Shown one piece after another: positions 37,819-46,560 of a stretch of DNA of 64,000 nucleotides. The stretch spans positions 24,573-88,572 of the forward strand of contig JAWXUC010000002.1 of NCBI GenBank assembly GCA_044432975.1, given 5' to 3'. This DNA is from Alphaproteobacteria bacterium. GTDB taxonomy: Bacteria > Pseudomonadota > Alphaproteobacteria > RF32 > CAG-239. The position numbers and the translations under genes were made by a program. Every line of letters starts with the position of its first letter. Positions within the stretch are counted from its first letter, which is position 1. Below the pieces are notes generated by a model. It saw only the letters and a list, made by a program, of their open reading frames with translations, searched no databases and was not told the DNA's origin.

Positions 37819-37828
37819 ACTAAAATCC

Positions 37829-37862
37829 AACCTCCGCTTAAATAATTAAGCGGAGGTTTTTT
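37829..37862 (+). terminator. rho-independent terminator ending the glycan cluster
   Basis: cctccgcttaa/ttaagcggagg stem followed by a T8 tract. Confidence 0.7.
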
Positions 37863-38015
37863 ATTTTATTCCAAATGATAAAAAAAAGTCACTCCTCAAA
37901 TTATAGCAACAATTTGATTAGGAGTCTTCCTTTGAAAAATAAAAATTGAAGATTCCTAATCATTGCTTCGCAATGAGGAATGACTTTTTTCTCATATTTT
38001 AGGAAATCATTCTTA

Positions 38016-38309
38016 TTATTTAGGATACTTTTCCTTTATTTCGGTGATTTTTTCTTGCCACAGGTTTGTTTCATTAACCTTGTCCCAATACATCATGTCT
38101 AATTGCTCATTAAGGGTAGGGTATTCTAACACTCTTTTTTCAGCATACGTTGGTTCAGGAGCAATAGGCGCATAGCCAGACAAATAAAACTTCCCATCAT
38201 ATCCTTGCTCAACTTCAACATAATCAATCCCTTGCTTTTCTGCCACAATTTGATTTAATATCTGATATTCCTTAGTCTCTTCATTTATTAATTTCGCTCT
38301 TATTAACAT
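38016..38309 (-). CDS. small protein downstream-coupled to the tail-fibre-like gene; possible fibre assembly or chaperone partner
   Basis: 97 aa with a 1-nt overlap with the upstream gene. No recognisable motif. The function is inferred from context only. Confidence 0.3.
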   Translation of the reverse strand: MLIRAKLINEETKEYQILNQIVAEKQGIDYVEVEQGYDGKFYLSGYAPIAPEPTYAEKRVLEYPTLNEQLDMMYWDKVNETNLWQEKITEIKEKYPK

Positions 38310-39244
38310 TAATTAACTCCTTTCAATGGATAAACCTTTACACCACCTTGAGAAAACGTTATAACATCACCAACATCACAATAAACATGACAATTGGCTT
38401 TTGCATAATTATTATTCCCATAAACATCCCTGTTTAAATATCCAACATCCACACCATTAACATATACATTACCAGTCGATCCAGCATGGTTACCAATACC
38501 CACAACAAAACAAATCTCAGTACAAACATACCCCGTACTTATACTAACACCTGCGCTATAATCAGGAACAATCCAATTAACAACCTCTGCCTTTCCATCA
38601 TCAGAAATATTATCCATATCAACAGATGCTATGGTTTCTAAATTATCAGAAATTTCTTGCACTTTTTCTGTCGCCAACTCTGCTTTTTCTGTCGCAATTT
38701 CTGCTTTTTCTGTTGCAACTTCAGCTGCTACTACAGCCGTTTCTTTAGCCTCTAAAAGAACTGTCCCCAATGTATTAACCTCAACAACAGAATTCTCCAA
38801 ACGTGTGCCATCAGCATTCCAAATAAGAGATTTTCCAGCCTTTGGACTTGGCAAAGTTAAGTCAACATCTGTTGATGTCGCATAAGGAGGATAAATCATC
38901 GCTCTGCTTAAGTCATCATTCAAATCTTGAATACACGCCATTTGATAATCAAACTCATAATTCAATGTCGAAGCCCTTAACGCTCCGCCTTCCTGAAACT
39001 GCGTTGTCCGCTCTATCGGAATATTTCTCATTATAGTAACAACAACACCGCTTTGAGGGGCGGTGTTAAAAGTTATAGTCGCTTGCGTGTCATCATTTAA
39101 GACAACACTATAATTATCTGATGATATTAGTTCATCATCAAAATATATTTCCACCCCATCATCAATAAAAATCTCAAACGGAGTCTCATATTCAGTATTT
39201 TCACCATTAGAAACATACTGAATTCTTGATTCTTCACTACTCAT
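38309..39244 (-). CDS. phage tail-fibre-like protein
   Basis: 311 aa. N-terminal shaft-attachment-like region, a heptad coiled-coil (AVVAAEVATEKAEIATEKAELATEKVQEIS), and a C-terminal Gly/Tyr/Asn-rich beta domain (…GNVYVNGVDVGYLNRDVYGNNNY…). Confidence 0.5.
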   Translation of the reverse strand: MSSEESRIQYVSNGENTEYETPFEIFIDDGVEIYFDDELISSDNYSVVLNDDTQATITFNTAPQSGVVVTIMRNIPIERTTQFQEGGALRASTLNYEFDYQMACIQDLNDDLSRAMIYPPYATSTDVDLTLPSPKAGKSLIWNADGTRLENSVVEVNTLGTVLLEAKETAVVAAEVATEKAEIATEKAELATEKVQEISDNLETIASVDMDNISDDGKAEVVNWIVPDYSAGVSISTGYVCTEICFVVGIGNHAGSTGNVYVNGVDVGYLNRDVYGNNNYAKANCHVYCDVGDVITFSQGGVKVYPLKGVN

Positions 39245-39417
39245 ATTTTTTCCTTTATTTTAAAATAAAAAAAAGCCCTGCAAAAGCAGAGCTTAAAGCC
39301 AAAAAAGATATAATAATCCCTTTGACTAACTATAAAATGACAAAAACAACCCAAAAAGTCAAGCCCTTTTATCCATCATGTTAATAACTCCCCCAACCAA
39401 AGCGCAATCCCCCCCCC

Positions 39418-39450
39418 AACGTCATTGCGAGCGAAGCGCGGCAATCCAGA
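39418..39450. repeat. RPE-like palindromic element preceded by a C9 homopolymer
   Basis: ccccccccc at 39409-39417, then caacgtcattgcgagcgaagcgcggcaatccag. Confidence 0.65.
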
Positions 39451-39460
39451 ACAACATAAA

Positions 39461-40219
39461 CTACAAACGTATAATACTAGCCTGAGCAGGCAAATCTGTC
39501 CTAACATCACTTATAAAACCTTGATGCACATTACGTCTAAAAGAAAAATAATCACAACTTGTATAAGTGTCGATATTTGTAAATGTAAGATTATTAATAC
39601 CTTTACGCTTAATTTTATCAATCAAATAACCTTGCAAATCCATCCAATAACCAGTTTCTTTTGCAGTAAAATATTTTTCATTTTCAGAACTTTCTGCCAT
39701 AAATTTAATATAAAAATCTTCCTGAACCTCAAAAGATTGCTTTTGCAAACAAGGCCCAATCGCAGCATTAATGCAATCTAACTCCGCACCTTTTTCTATC
39801 ATCAAATCTATAGTGTTATCAACAACACCCAACAAAGCACCACTCCAACCAGCATGAGAAGCCCCAATAACCTGATTTTTTTCATCATATAACAAAACAG
39901 GAATACAATCAGCAGTTGTTACACATAAAGCAATATTTTTCTTATTTGTAACACACGCATCAGCCTTAATTTCAATAAGGCTAGGGGTCTCAACAAACAC
40001 CGCCTTATTTCCATGCACAAGATAAGGAATAAAAATATTTTCAGCTTTCAAATCAACAAATTGAGAGACAATGTTAATGTTTTGCATCACCTTAGATTTG
40101 TCATCTAAACTCTTTAAATTCACATTCAAAGAAGCGTATTGCTTTTCAGAAACTCCACCTTTAGAACCACAAAAACAATGCTTATCAAAAGGCAGATTAT
40201 CAGCCTTATAGCCAAACAT
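39461..40219 (-). CDS. pgeF: purine nucleoside phosphorylase / polyphenol oxidase YfiH (PgeF, DUF152)
   Basis: GGVSEKQYASLN N-terminus, TTADCIPVLLYD and ASHAGWSG conserved Cys/His blocks. Confidence 0.75.
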   Translation of the reverse strand: MFGYKADNLPFDKHCFCGSKGGVSEKQYASLNVNLKSLDDKSKVMQNINIVSQFVDLKAENIFIPYLVHGNKAVFVETPSLIEIKADACVTNKKNIALCVTTADCIPVLLYDEKNQVIGASHAGWSGALLGVVDNTIDLMIEKGAELDCINAAIGPCLQKQSFEVQEDFYIKFMAESSENEKYFTAKETGYWMDLQGYLIDKIKRKGINNLTFTNIDTYTSCDYFSFRRNVHQGFISDVRTDLPAQASIIRL

Positions 40220-40220
40220 T

Positions 40221-41051
40221 TTATTGTCCTGCTTGACGTCTAATTTCTTCTAATTGCTCTTTTACAAGCTTTTCAACAATACCTTGCAAGTTATCATTAA
40301 GCCAATTTTGAACCTTTTTATCAGCAATCGCCGCAAAATTAACATCAGCCACATTTTTATTGATTATCTCAACAACCATATCTTCTAAAGTTTTTGACAA
40401 ATCACCTGTTTGAACAGATTTTTCTTCAACAACAGGAGCTGGCGCAACAACAACTTCTTCTTTAGGTTGCGCAGAAAACATTTTTGCAAAACTATTTAGA
40501 ATATCTGCAGAAGCTTCTTTTTTAGGCTTTTCTTCAACAACAGGAGCCGGAGCGGGAGCAACAACAACCTCAGGCTCATCAACGGGAGCGGGAGCAACAA
40601 CAGGCTCTTCAACCACAGGAGCAGGAGCAACAACTTCAGGCTCAGGAACTGCAACCACAACAGGCTCTTCAACAACAGGAGCAGGCTCATCAACAACAAT
40701 CTCAGGTTCTGGCAAGTTTTCCATCAAAGAAGAAATTCCAGCCATTATATCTTCCGCATTATCTTCTGAAGATTTTTCTTCAACTTTAGTCTCAGCATTT
40801 ACATCAACGTCAGACAAATCAGGAACCACAATTTGAGATTCTAACAAATCCATAACTTCATCATCTTCCTCTTCTTCAGCAACCACAACAGGAGCTTCAT
40901 CTAAAGAATTCTCAACAATAGGATCAATAGTAGGTTCTTTTTTAACCTCTTCTGTTTCTTCATCTTTTTTTTGCACAACAACATCTTCTAAAATGTTTTT
41001 TATTGAGCCTAAAATATCTTCAACAGACATATTTTCTTTATTTTCTTCCAT
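40221..41051 (-). CDS. popZ: pole-organizing protein PopZ homolog
   Basis: N-terminal SVEDILGSIKNIL (PopZ MEEILASIRRII-like). Long acidic Pro/Glu/Val-rich linker. C-terminal KVQNWLNDNLQGIVEKLVKEQLEEIRRQAG matches the PopZ C-terminal DUF2497 pattern. Confidence 0.6.
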   Translation of the reverse strand: MEENKENMSVEDILGSIKNILEDVVVQKKDEETEEVKKEPTIDPIVENSLDEAPVVVAEEEEDDEVMDLLESQIVVPDLSDVDVNAETKVEEKSSEDNAEDIMAGISSLMENLPEPEIVVDEPAPVVEEPVVVAVPEPEVVAPAPVVEEPVVAPAPVDEPEVVVAPAPAPVVEEKPKKEASADILNSFAKMFSAQPKEEVVVAPAPVVEEKSVQTGDLSKTLEDMVVEIINKNVADVNFAAIADKKVQNWLNDNLQGIVEKLVKEQLEEIRRQAGQ

Positions 41052-41055
41052 TTTA

Positions 41056-42414
41056 TTAATCCTTATTTACTGAGGTTGAAATCCATTTATTTTGTGTTTT
41101 TTTATAACTTTCGCCTGGGTTATAAACATCTACATCCAACTGCAAATCAGATGCTGTTAATTTCCCCATAGAAACCAATAAGTCTAATGCCGAAGAATAA
41201 TATTCTTCTTTAGCAATTTCTTTAGACACTTCAGAGTTTAATAAATCTTGATAAGCATCTAAAACATTTAATAGCGTTCTATTACCTAATTCTTCTTCTT
41301 TTTGAACACCATCTAAAGCCAATCGATTCGCTTCAATCTGAGCATCAATAGCCTCTAACTGCGCTTTAGAAGAGTTCATAACTTCAAAAGCAGAAATTGT
41401 ATCAGCAACAGCCTGACGAGTTGCTACAATAATATCATCAGCCGCCGCAGCCTTTTTATATTTACTTTGTCTTAAAGTTGCTCTATTAAGCCCAGCATCA
41501 TAAATTGGCACATTTAAGTTTAAGCCAACTTCCAAAGAATCTGTCCTAATATCACCATCATAATCAACATTAGTACCAGAATTTACTCTGTTTGCAGAAG
41601 CCTCCAAACTAAGAGATGGAAGCAAAGCACCAGCGTTACTAGCAACATTATAAGATTTAGATAAATAATTATTTTTTGCTTGTCTAATATAAAAATTATT
41701 TTCTTTAGCAAACAAAAGAGCATCATCTAAAGAAGCTGGTGTTAAAGCACTAATAAAAGTAGGTTCTTCTAAAGTTTGTGGTTCAAAACCCACAACTCTT
41801 TCATATTCCGCTTTAACAACATCAAGCTCACCTTTAGCTTTTATAGTATCTGCAATCGCTTCTGCATGACTAGCCTTTGCTTGAGAAACATCTGTTCTTG
41901 TAACTTCACCAACTTCAAAACGTTTTAAGGTTTCATCTAATTCTTTTTTTAGCAATTCTTCATTATTTTTTTGCAATTTAACAACAGCCTGATTCTTCAA
42001 CACATTCAAATAAGCATCAGAAGCCGAAAACAAAAGAGATTGTTCTGTATTATAAAAATCATTTGTAGAAGCTTTAGAGGCAAATTTAGCTGATTTTACA
42101 GAATTATAAGTTGACAAACCAGAAAACAAAGATTGCTTTGCAACAATTTCTAAACTATCGTCATTACTTGTTACTTTTTCAGAATAAGAATCGATACTTT
42201 GATAAGCAAGACTTCCGTTAATATCAAGAGTTGGACGATAACCACTTTTTGCAATCGCAACATCTTCATCAACACTTTTCAAAACATTTTTAGAAGATTT
42301 TAATATTGGGTTTGTTTTATAAGCCTCAGCCAACACCTCTGGCAAGCTTTGAGCAAAAGAATTTAAGCTTACAAAACAAGTACATAACGATAAAGTTATA
42401 ATTTTTTTTAACAT
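41056..42414 (-). CDS. tolC: TolC-family outer-membrane efflux protein
   Basis: Signal peptide, two-fold repeated coiled-coil/beta structure, 452 aa. Confidence 0.75.
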   Translation of the reverse strand: MLKKIITLSLCTCFVSLNSFAQSLPEVLAEAYKTNPILKSSKNVLKSVDEDVAIAKSGYRPTLDINGSLAYQSIDSYSEKVTSNDDSLEIVAKQSLFSGLSTYNSVKSAKFASKASTNDFYNTEQSLLFSASDAYLNVLKNQAVVKLQKNNEELLKKELDETLKRFEVGEVTRTDVSQAKASHAEAIADTIKAKGELDVVKAEYERVVGFEPQTLEEPTFISALTPASLDDALLFAKENNFYIRQAKNNYLSKSYNVASNAGALLPSLSLEASANRVNSGTNVDYDGDIRTDSLEVGLNLNVPIYDAGLNRATLRQSKYKKAAAADDIIVATRQAVADTISAFEVMNSSKAQLEAIDAQIEANRLALDGVQKEEELGNRTLLNVLDAYQDLLNSEVSKEIAKEEYYSSALDLLVSMGKLTASDLQLDVDVYNPGESYKKTQNKWISTSVNKD

Positions 42415-42533
42415 TGTTAATCCTTAATTAAGTTATATTGTAATATATGTTACATATCTTATATAAAAATAAATAACTTTTTGCAATGTTAAATATCAAC
42501 TTGTATATAAAATCTAAAAAAGGACCTAAGACA

Positions 42534-44993
42534 ATGAAAGACGAATTAAATGTAATTAACGAAATAGATAGAGCAAGATTAAAGCTATCTATAGAACATT
42601 ATATTAAATATTTTATCGCCAAAAGAAGTTCAGAATTAACAAAAGAAGAAACCCTAAAAGCCATCTCTTTAGCTGTAAGAGAATTTGCTATGGATAAAAT
42701 GTATGAAACCATGGCAAGATACAATAAAGTTGGCACAAAAAGAGTTTATTATTTATCAATTGAATATTTAATTGGTCGTTCTTTAGAAAACAACCTTCAC
42801 AATCTTGGCTTGTTTGACATCATGAATTCTCTTAAAATTGATGGAATGCCAGATTTTTCATTACAAGAAATCTTTGACGCAGAATATGACCCTGCTTTAG
42901 GTAATGGCGGTTTAGGTAGATTAGCATCTTGTTATTTGGATTCTATAGCATCATTAGGCATCGCAGGATTCGGATATGGCATTAACTATAACTTCGGTTT
43001 GTTTAAGCAAAAATTTGACAACGGATACCAAGTAGAATTAACAGACACATGGGAAGCAGAAAACTCTCCATGGCAAATTGCAAGACCAGATAGAACCTTC
43101 AGAATTCCATTATACGGCAACGTAGAAGTTTTCAAAACATCAGATGGCGAAGATCATTATGTATGGAGTGGTACACAAAGCATTTTTGGTGTTCCTTATG
43201 ATTTTCCAATTGTTGGCTATAACGGTAAATCTGTTAACTACTTAAGATTATTCTCAGCAAAATCAGATGATGAGCTAGACATTAATGTGTTTAATGAAGG
43301 CGCATATATTGATGCCGTTAAAGAAAAAATTGAATCAGAAACAATTTCAAAAGTTCTATACCCATCAGATGCGGTTGAATCAGGAAAAGAACTTAGATTA
43401 AAACAACAATACTTCTTTGTTTCTTGTGCTTGTCAAGACATCTTAAGACGATTCTTAGAAAAAAACAACGACTTTAAAGATTTACCCAAAGAAGTTTGTA
43501 TTCAATTAAATGACACACACCCAGCAATCGCAATTCCAGAAATGATGCGTTTGTTAATGGATATTTATGGTCAAAAGTGGAATGATGCATGGGAAATTAT
43601 TACAAAAGTGTTTGCATATACAAACCACACATTATTACCAGAAGCATTAGAAACATGGCCAACAAGAATTATCGGTAAATTATTACCAAGACACCTTCAA
43701 ATTATATTTGAAATCAATCGCAGATTTATGATAGAAGCAAAAAAAGCTGTTGGCGACAATTCTGCTGTATTATCAAAATTATCAATCGTTGCAGGTGAGG
43801 GTGATAGTCAAATTATCAGAATGGCAAACTTATCAATTGTTGGTTCATTCTCTGTAAATGGTGTTGCAAAATTACACTCAGAACTAGTTAAAAAATCATT
43901 AGTTCCAGAATTTTACAACCTATGGCCTCACAAATTCAAAAACGTTACAAACGGAGTTACTCCAAGACGTTGGTTATTACACGCAAACCATGAACTAGGA
44001 GAATTAATTGACGAAACAGTTGGCTCTGATTGGGTAACAAATTTTGATACATTGTCAAAACTAAAAAAATTCACTAAAGACAAAAAATTCTTAAATAAAT
44101 TAGCTGATATTAAAAAAACAGATAAAAAGAAACTAGCTAAATTTATCGTAAAAACAACAGGCATTAGTATTGATACAAATTCAATGTTTATTGTTCATGC
44201 AAAAAGAATTCATGAATACAAACGTCAAATGATGACAGTTCTAGAAATCATTGGTGAATATTTATCTATCGTTAAAGATAATAAAAAACCAATCACAAAC
44301 AAAGTTTATATTTTTGCAGGAAAAGCTGCTCCATCTTATCATTTTGCAAAATTAACTATCAAATTAATTAACAACGTTGCAGAAGTTGTTAACAATGATC
44401 CAAGAGTAGGCGATGCACTTAAAGTTGTGTTTATTCCTGACTACAAAGTATCTGTTGCCGAAACATTAATCCCTGGTGCAAACGTTAGTGTACAAAGCTC
44501 AACAGCAGGCTTTGAAGCAAGTGGAACAGGTAATATGAAATTTGCAATTAATGGTGCATTAACAGTTGGTACTTATGACGGCGCAAATATTGAAATTATG
44601 GAAAAAGTTGGTAAATCAAATTTCTATTTATTTGGTAAAACAGAAGAAGAAATTGTTGCTCTTCGTTCAACATACAATCCACAAGAAAAATATAACAACT
44701 CAGCATATATCAAAAGAATATTAAACGCAGTTAATTCTAGCATGTTCTGTGAAAAAGAATACGCATTAATATTCAAGCCCGTATTTGATGAATTAACTAC
44801 AAAAGATTACTTTATGGTATTAGAAGATTTAGAAGCTTTCCACGAAGCTATGAACAAAGCATCTAAAGATTATAATGATAAAGAAAAATGGGGTGCAAAA
44901 TCATTAAATAACATCGCCAACATGGGCTACTTCTCATCAGACAGATCAATCATGGACTACGCAAATGACATCTGGAAAGTAAAACCTTGTTGA
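42534..44993 (+). CDS. glgP: glycogen / alpha-glucan phosphorylase
   Basis: EASGTGNMKFAINGALTVGTYDGANIE (PLP-lysine motif), 819 aa from the AGGA-supported ATG. The track ORF starts at 42486. Confidence 0.85.
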   Translation: MKDELNVINEIDRARLKLSIEHYIKYFIAKRSSELTKEETLKAISLAVREFAMDKMYETMARYNKVGTKRVYYLSIEYLIGRSLENNLHNLGLFDIMNSLKIDGMPDFSLQEIFDAEYDPALGNGGLGRLASCYLDSIASLGIAGFGYGINYNFGLFKQKFDNGYQVELTDTWEAENSPWQIARPDRTFRIPLYGNVEVFKTSDGEDHYVWSGTQSIFGVPYDFPIVGYNGKSVNYLRLFSAKSDDELDINVFNEGAYIDAVKEKIESETISKVLYPSDAVESGKELRLKQQYFFVSCACQDILRRFLEKNNDFKDLPKEVCIQLNDTHPAIAIPEMMRLLMDIYGQKWNDAWEIITKVFAYTNHTLLPEALETWPTRIIGKLLPRHLQIIFEINRRFMIEAKKAVGDNSAVLSKLSIVAGEGDSQIIRMANLSIVGSFSVNGVAKLHSELVKKSLVPEFYNLWPHKFKNVTNGVTPRRWLLHANHELGELIDETVGSDWVTNFDTLSKLKKFTKDKKFLNKLADIKKTDKKKLAKFIVKTTGISIDTNSMFIVHAKRIHEYKRQMMTVLEIIGEYLSIVKDNKKPITNKVYIFAGKAAPSYHFAKLTIKLINNVAEVVNNDPRVGDALKVVFIPDYKVSVAETLIPGANVSVQSSTAGFEASGTGNMKFAINGALTVGTYDGANIEIMEKVGKSNFYLFGKTEEEIVALRSTYNPQEKYNNSAYIKRILNAVNSSMFCEKEYALIFKPVFDELTTKDYFMVLEDLEAFHEAMNKASKDYNDKEKWGAKSLNNIANMGYFSSDRSIMDYANDIWKVKPC

Positions 44994-45006
44994 TAAAAAA
45001 CAAATA

Positions 45007-45033
45007 GGGCGGGAATTTACTCCCGCCTTTTTT
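45007..45033 (+). terminator. rho-independent terminator after glgP
   Basis: gggcggga/tcccgcc stem followed by a T6 tract. Confidence 0.65.
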
Positions 45034-45042
45034 ATATAACTT

Positions 45043-45700
45043 TGTCATTACGAGCGAATGCGAAGTAATCCAGTCAAACCATTATTCTTACTATCTTCCC
45101 CACCTGCGGGGGAAGTGCCCGCTAGGGCGATGGGGGGTATAAATTATATTTTTCCTTTTTTTTCATAGCGGACTGTCAATGACCACCTACAATTATTATT
45201 GTCATCGCGCCACAAAATTTATTTTGGGGCTTAACGATCTTCTATTTTTAAAATCGGAAGTATCCATATAAGCGGGACGCCGAGGGCGTCGTCCCCTACA
45301 ACTACCCCGACACCTTTGGCGCCACCCCTTCACTTATGAAGGGGAATTTTCAACCGTCATTTGGTAAGTTTTGTCATTGCGGACTTGATCCGCAATCCAG
45401 TTAATAATAATTCTTTTTTGTGGGACGGATGTGGAATCCGTCCCCATAACTACCCCGTCGCCTTTGGCGCCACCCCTTCACAAGTGAAGGGGAATTTTCA
45501 ACCGTCATTGCGAGCGAAGCGTGGCAAAATACGCTTAGTGTTGCGAGGCTTTAGCCGAAGCAATGCTTAGTCTTTTCGTACAAGTAGAATTGCTTTGCAA
45601 TTCGTAGCGGTACAATCCAGTCGAAAAAACATTCCTTTTTTCAGGGACGGAAGACCCGTACCCTACAACCTTCATTTTTGCAAAAAAGTGCAAAAATTGC
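45043..45700. repeat. gene-free repeat hub holding several palindromic families
   Basis: RPE-like copies at 45043, 45372 and 45501. A roughly 60-bp direct repeat x2 (ctaccccg[ac]c[ag]cctttggcgccaccccttcac..gtgaaggggaattttcaaccgtcatt at 45303 and 45443). GTAG-type hairpins at 45280 and 45415. Confidence 0.65.
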
Positions 45701-45799
45701 GTTTTTTGGTGGATATGGGCAAAAAATAAATATTTTGGGAGGATTATTAACTGACCATAAACCCATATATTCTGGTATTTTGACACCTGTCTTAAAAAC

Positions 45800-45946
45800 A
45801 TAGTGTCTATTTTAAACCACCGTCTAGAATAGACACTTTTAGTGTTACAGTTTTGTTAAATTATGTTATTGATTTCACTTATTTCTTGATTTTTTTAAAG
45901 TTTATGATAGTGTCTATTCTAGACGGTCGTTTAAAATAGACACTAT
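45800..45946. mobile_element. MITE-like 147-bp element with 37-bp terminal inverted repeats, each arm itself palindromic
   Basis: atagtgtctattttaaaccaccgtctagaatagacact at 45800-45836 and its reverse complement with one mismatch at 45908-45946, separated by a 71-bp AT-rich core. Confidence 0.45.
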
Positions 45947-45951
45947 AAAAA

Positions 45952-45979
45952 TAACCCCTAGCCCTTACGGGCTGGGGGT
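45952..45979. terminator. GC-rich hairpin, possible bidirectional terminator
   Basis: cccctagccc-ttac-gggctggggg, flanked by A/T runs. Confidence 0.4.
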
Positions 45980-46065
45980 TTGAAGTATGTTCAAAAAATG
46001 TGTTTTTTTATTTTAAAAGAAAAAACACACACCCTAAAAAAGACCAATAATCGACCCTCCAAACA

Positions 46066-46560
46066 TTACACCAATGGATTATATGCCCATTGCAATAATG
46101 CTTGACGTTGTTTTGCTCGACATTCTATATCCATTGGTATACAGTTTTTAATCACCTGTGCTTGATGACGCCTAAAAGACTTCCAGCGCTTTATTTGAAC
46201 TTTATCAACACTTTCAATTCTGCGTCCCATATAATATCGACAATACCATTGAAACCAACCTCTAGGATCAGGCTCTAAAATCCAACCCTTATCACGCCAA
46301 ATTTGCAAAGATTGCCTAGACTTAACGCCAAAAAAGTTTAAGCTGGCATCAGGTTTTAATGGCGATAATTTTGCATTATCAAACCAAGAAGCAGGAAATT
46401 CTTTTTTGCAATCACATAAATACTTGCCCTCAAAAACCCCCATTTTAAGCATTTCTTCTGGGCTTAATTCTGGTTTAAATTCTTTGGCAAATTCTTTACC
46501 TTGAGGGCAAATACGTTTATAAATATAACCGCTTTGCATTTTATCATTAACAATTATCAT
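46066..46560 (-). CDS. hypothetical Cys/Trp-rich protein, co-transcribed with the porin
   Basis: 164 aa. Several Cys (CPQG, CDC, CRYY, CIPMDIEC). 4-nt overlap with the upstream porin gene. Confidence 0.45.
   Translation of the reverse strand: MIIVNDKMQSGYIYKRICPQGKEFAKEFKPELSPEEMLKMGVFEGKYLCDCKKEFPASWFDNAKLSPLKPDASLNFFGVKSRQSLQIWRDKGWILEPDPRGWFQWYCRYYMGRRIESVDKVQIKRWKSFRRHQAQVIKNCIPMDIECRAKQRQALLQWAYNPLV

Noticed and set aside
38016-39244. Prophage call for the tail-fibre gene pair.
   Set aside because: Only two phage-like genes are present. There are no capsid, terminase, integrase or lysis genes within 15 kb on either side. It is better described as an orphan or domesticated fibre module.
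40496-40699. Leu-rich 67-aa minus-strand ORF.
   Set aside because: It is an alternative frame inside the PopZ acidic linker (GAG/GAA-rich DNA gives CTC/CTT Leu codons in another frame). There is no independent support.
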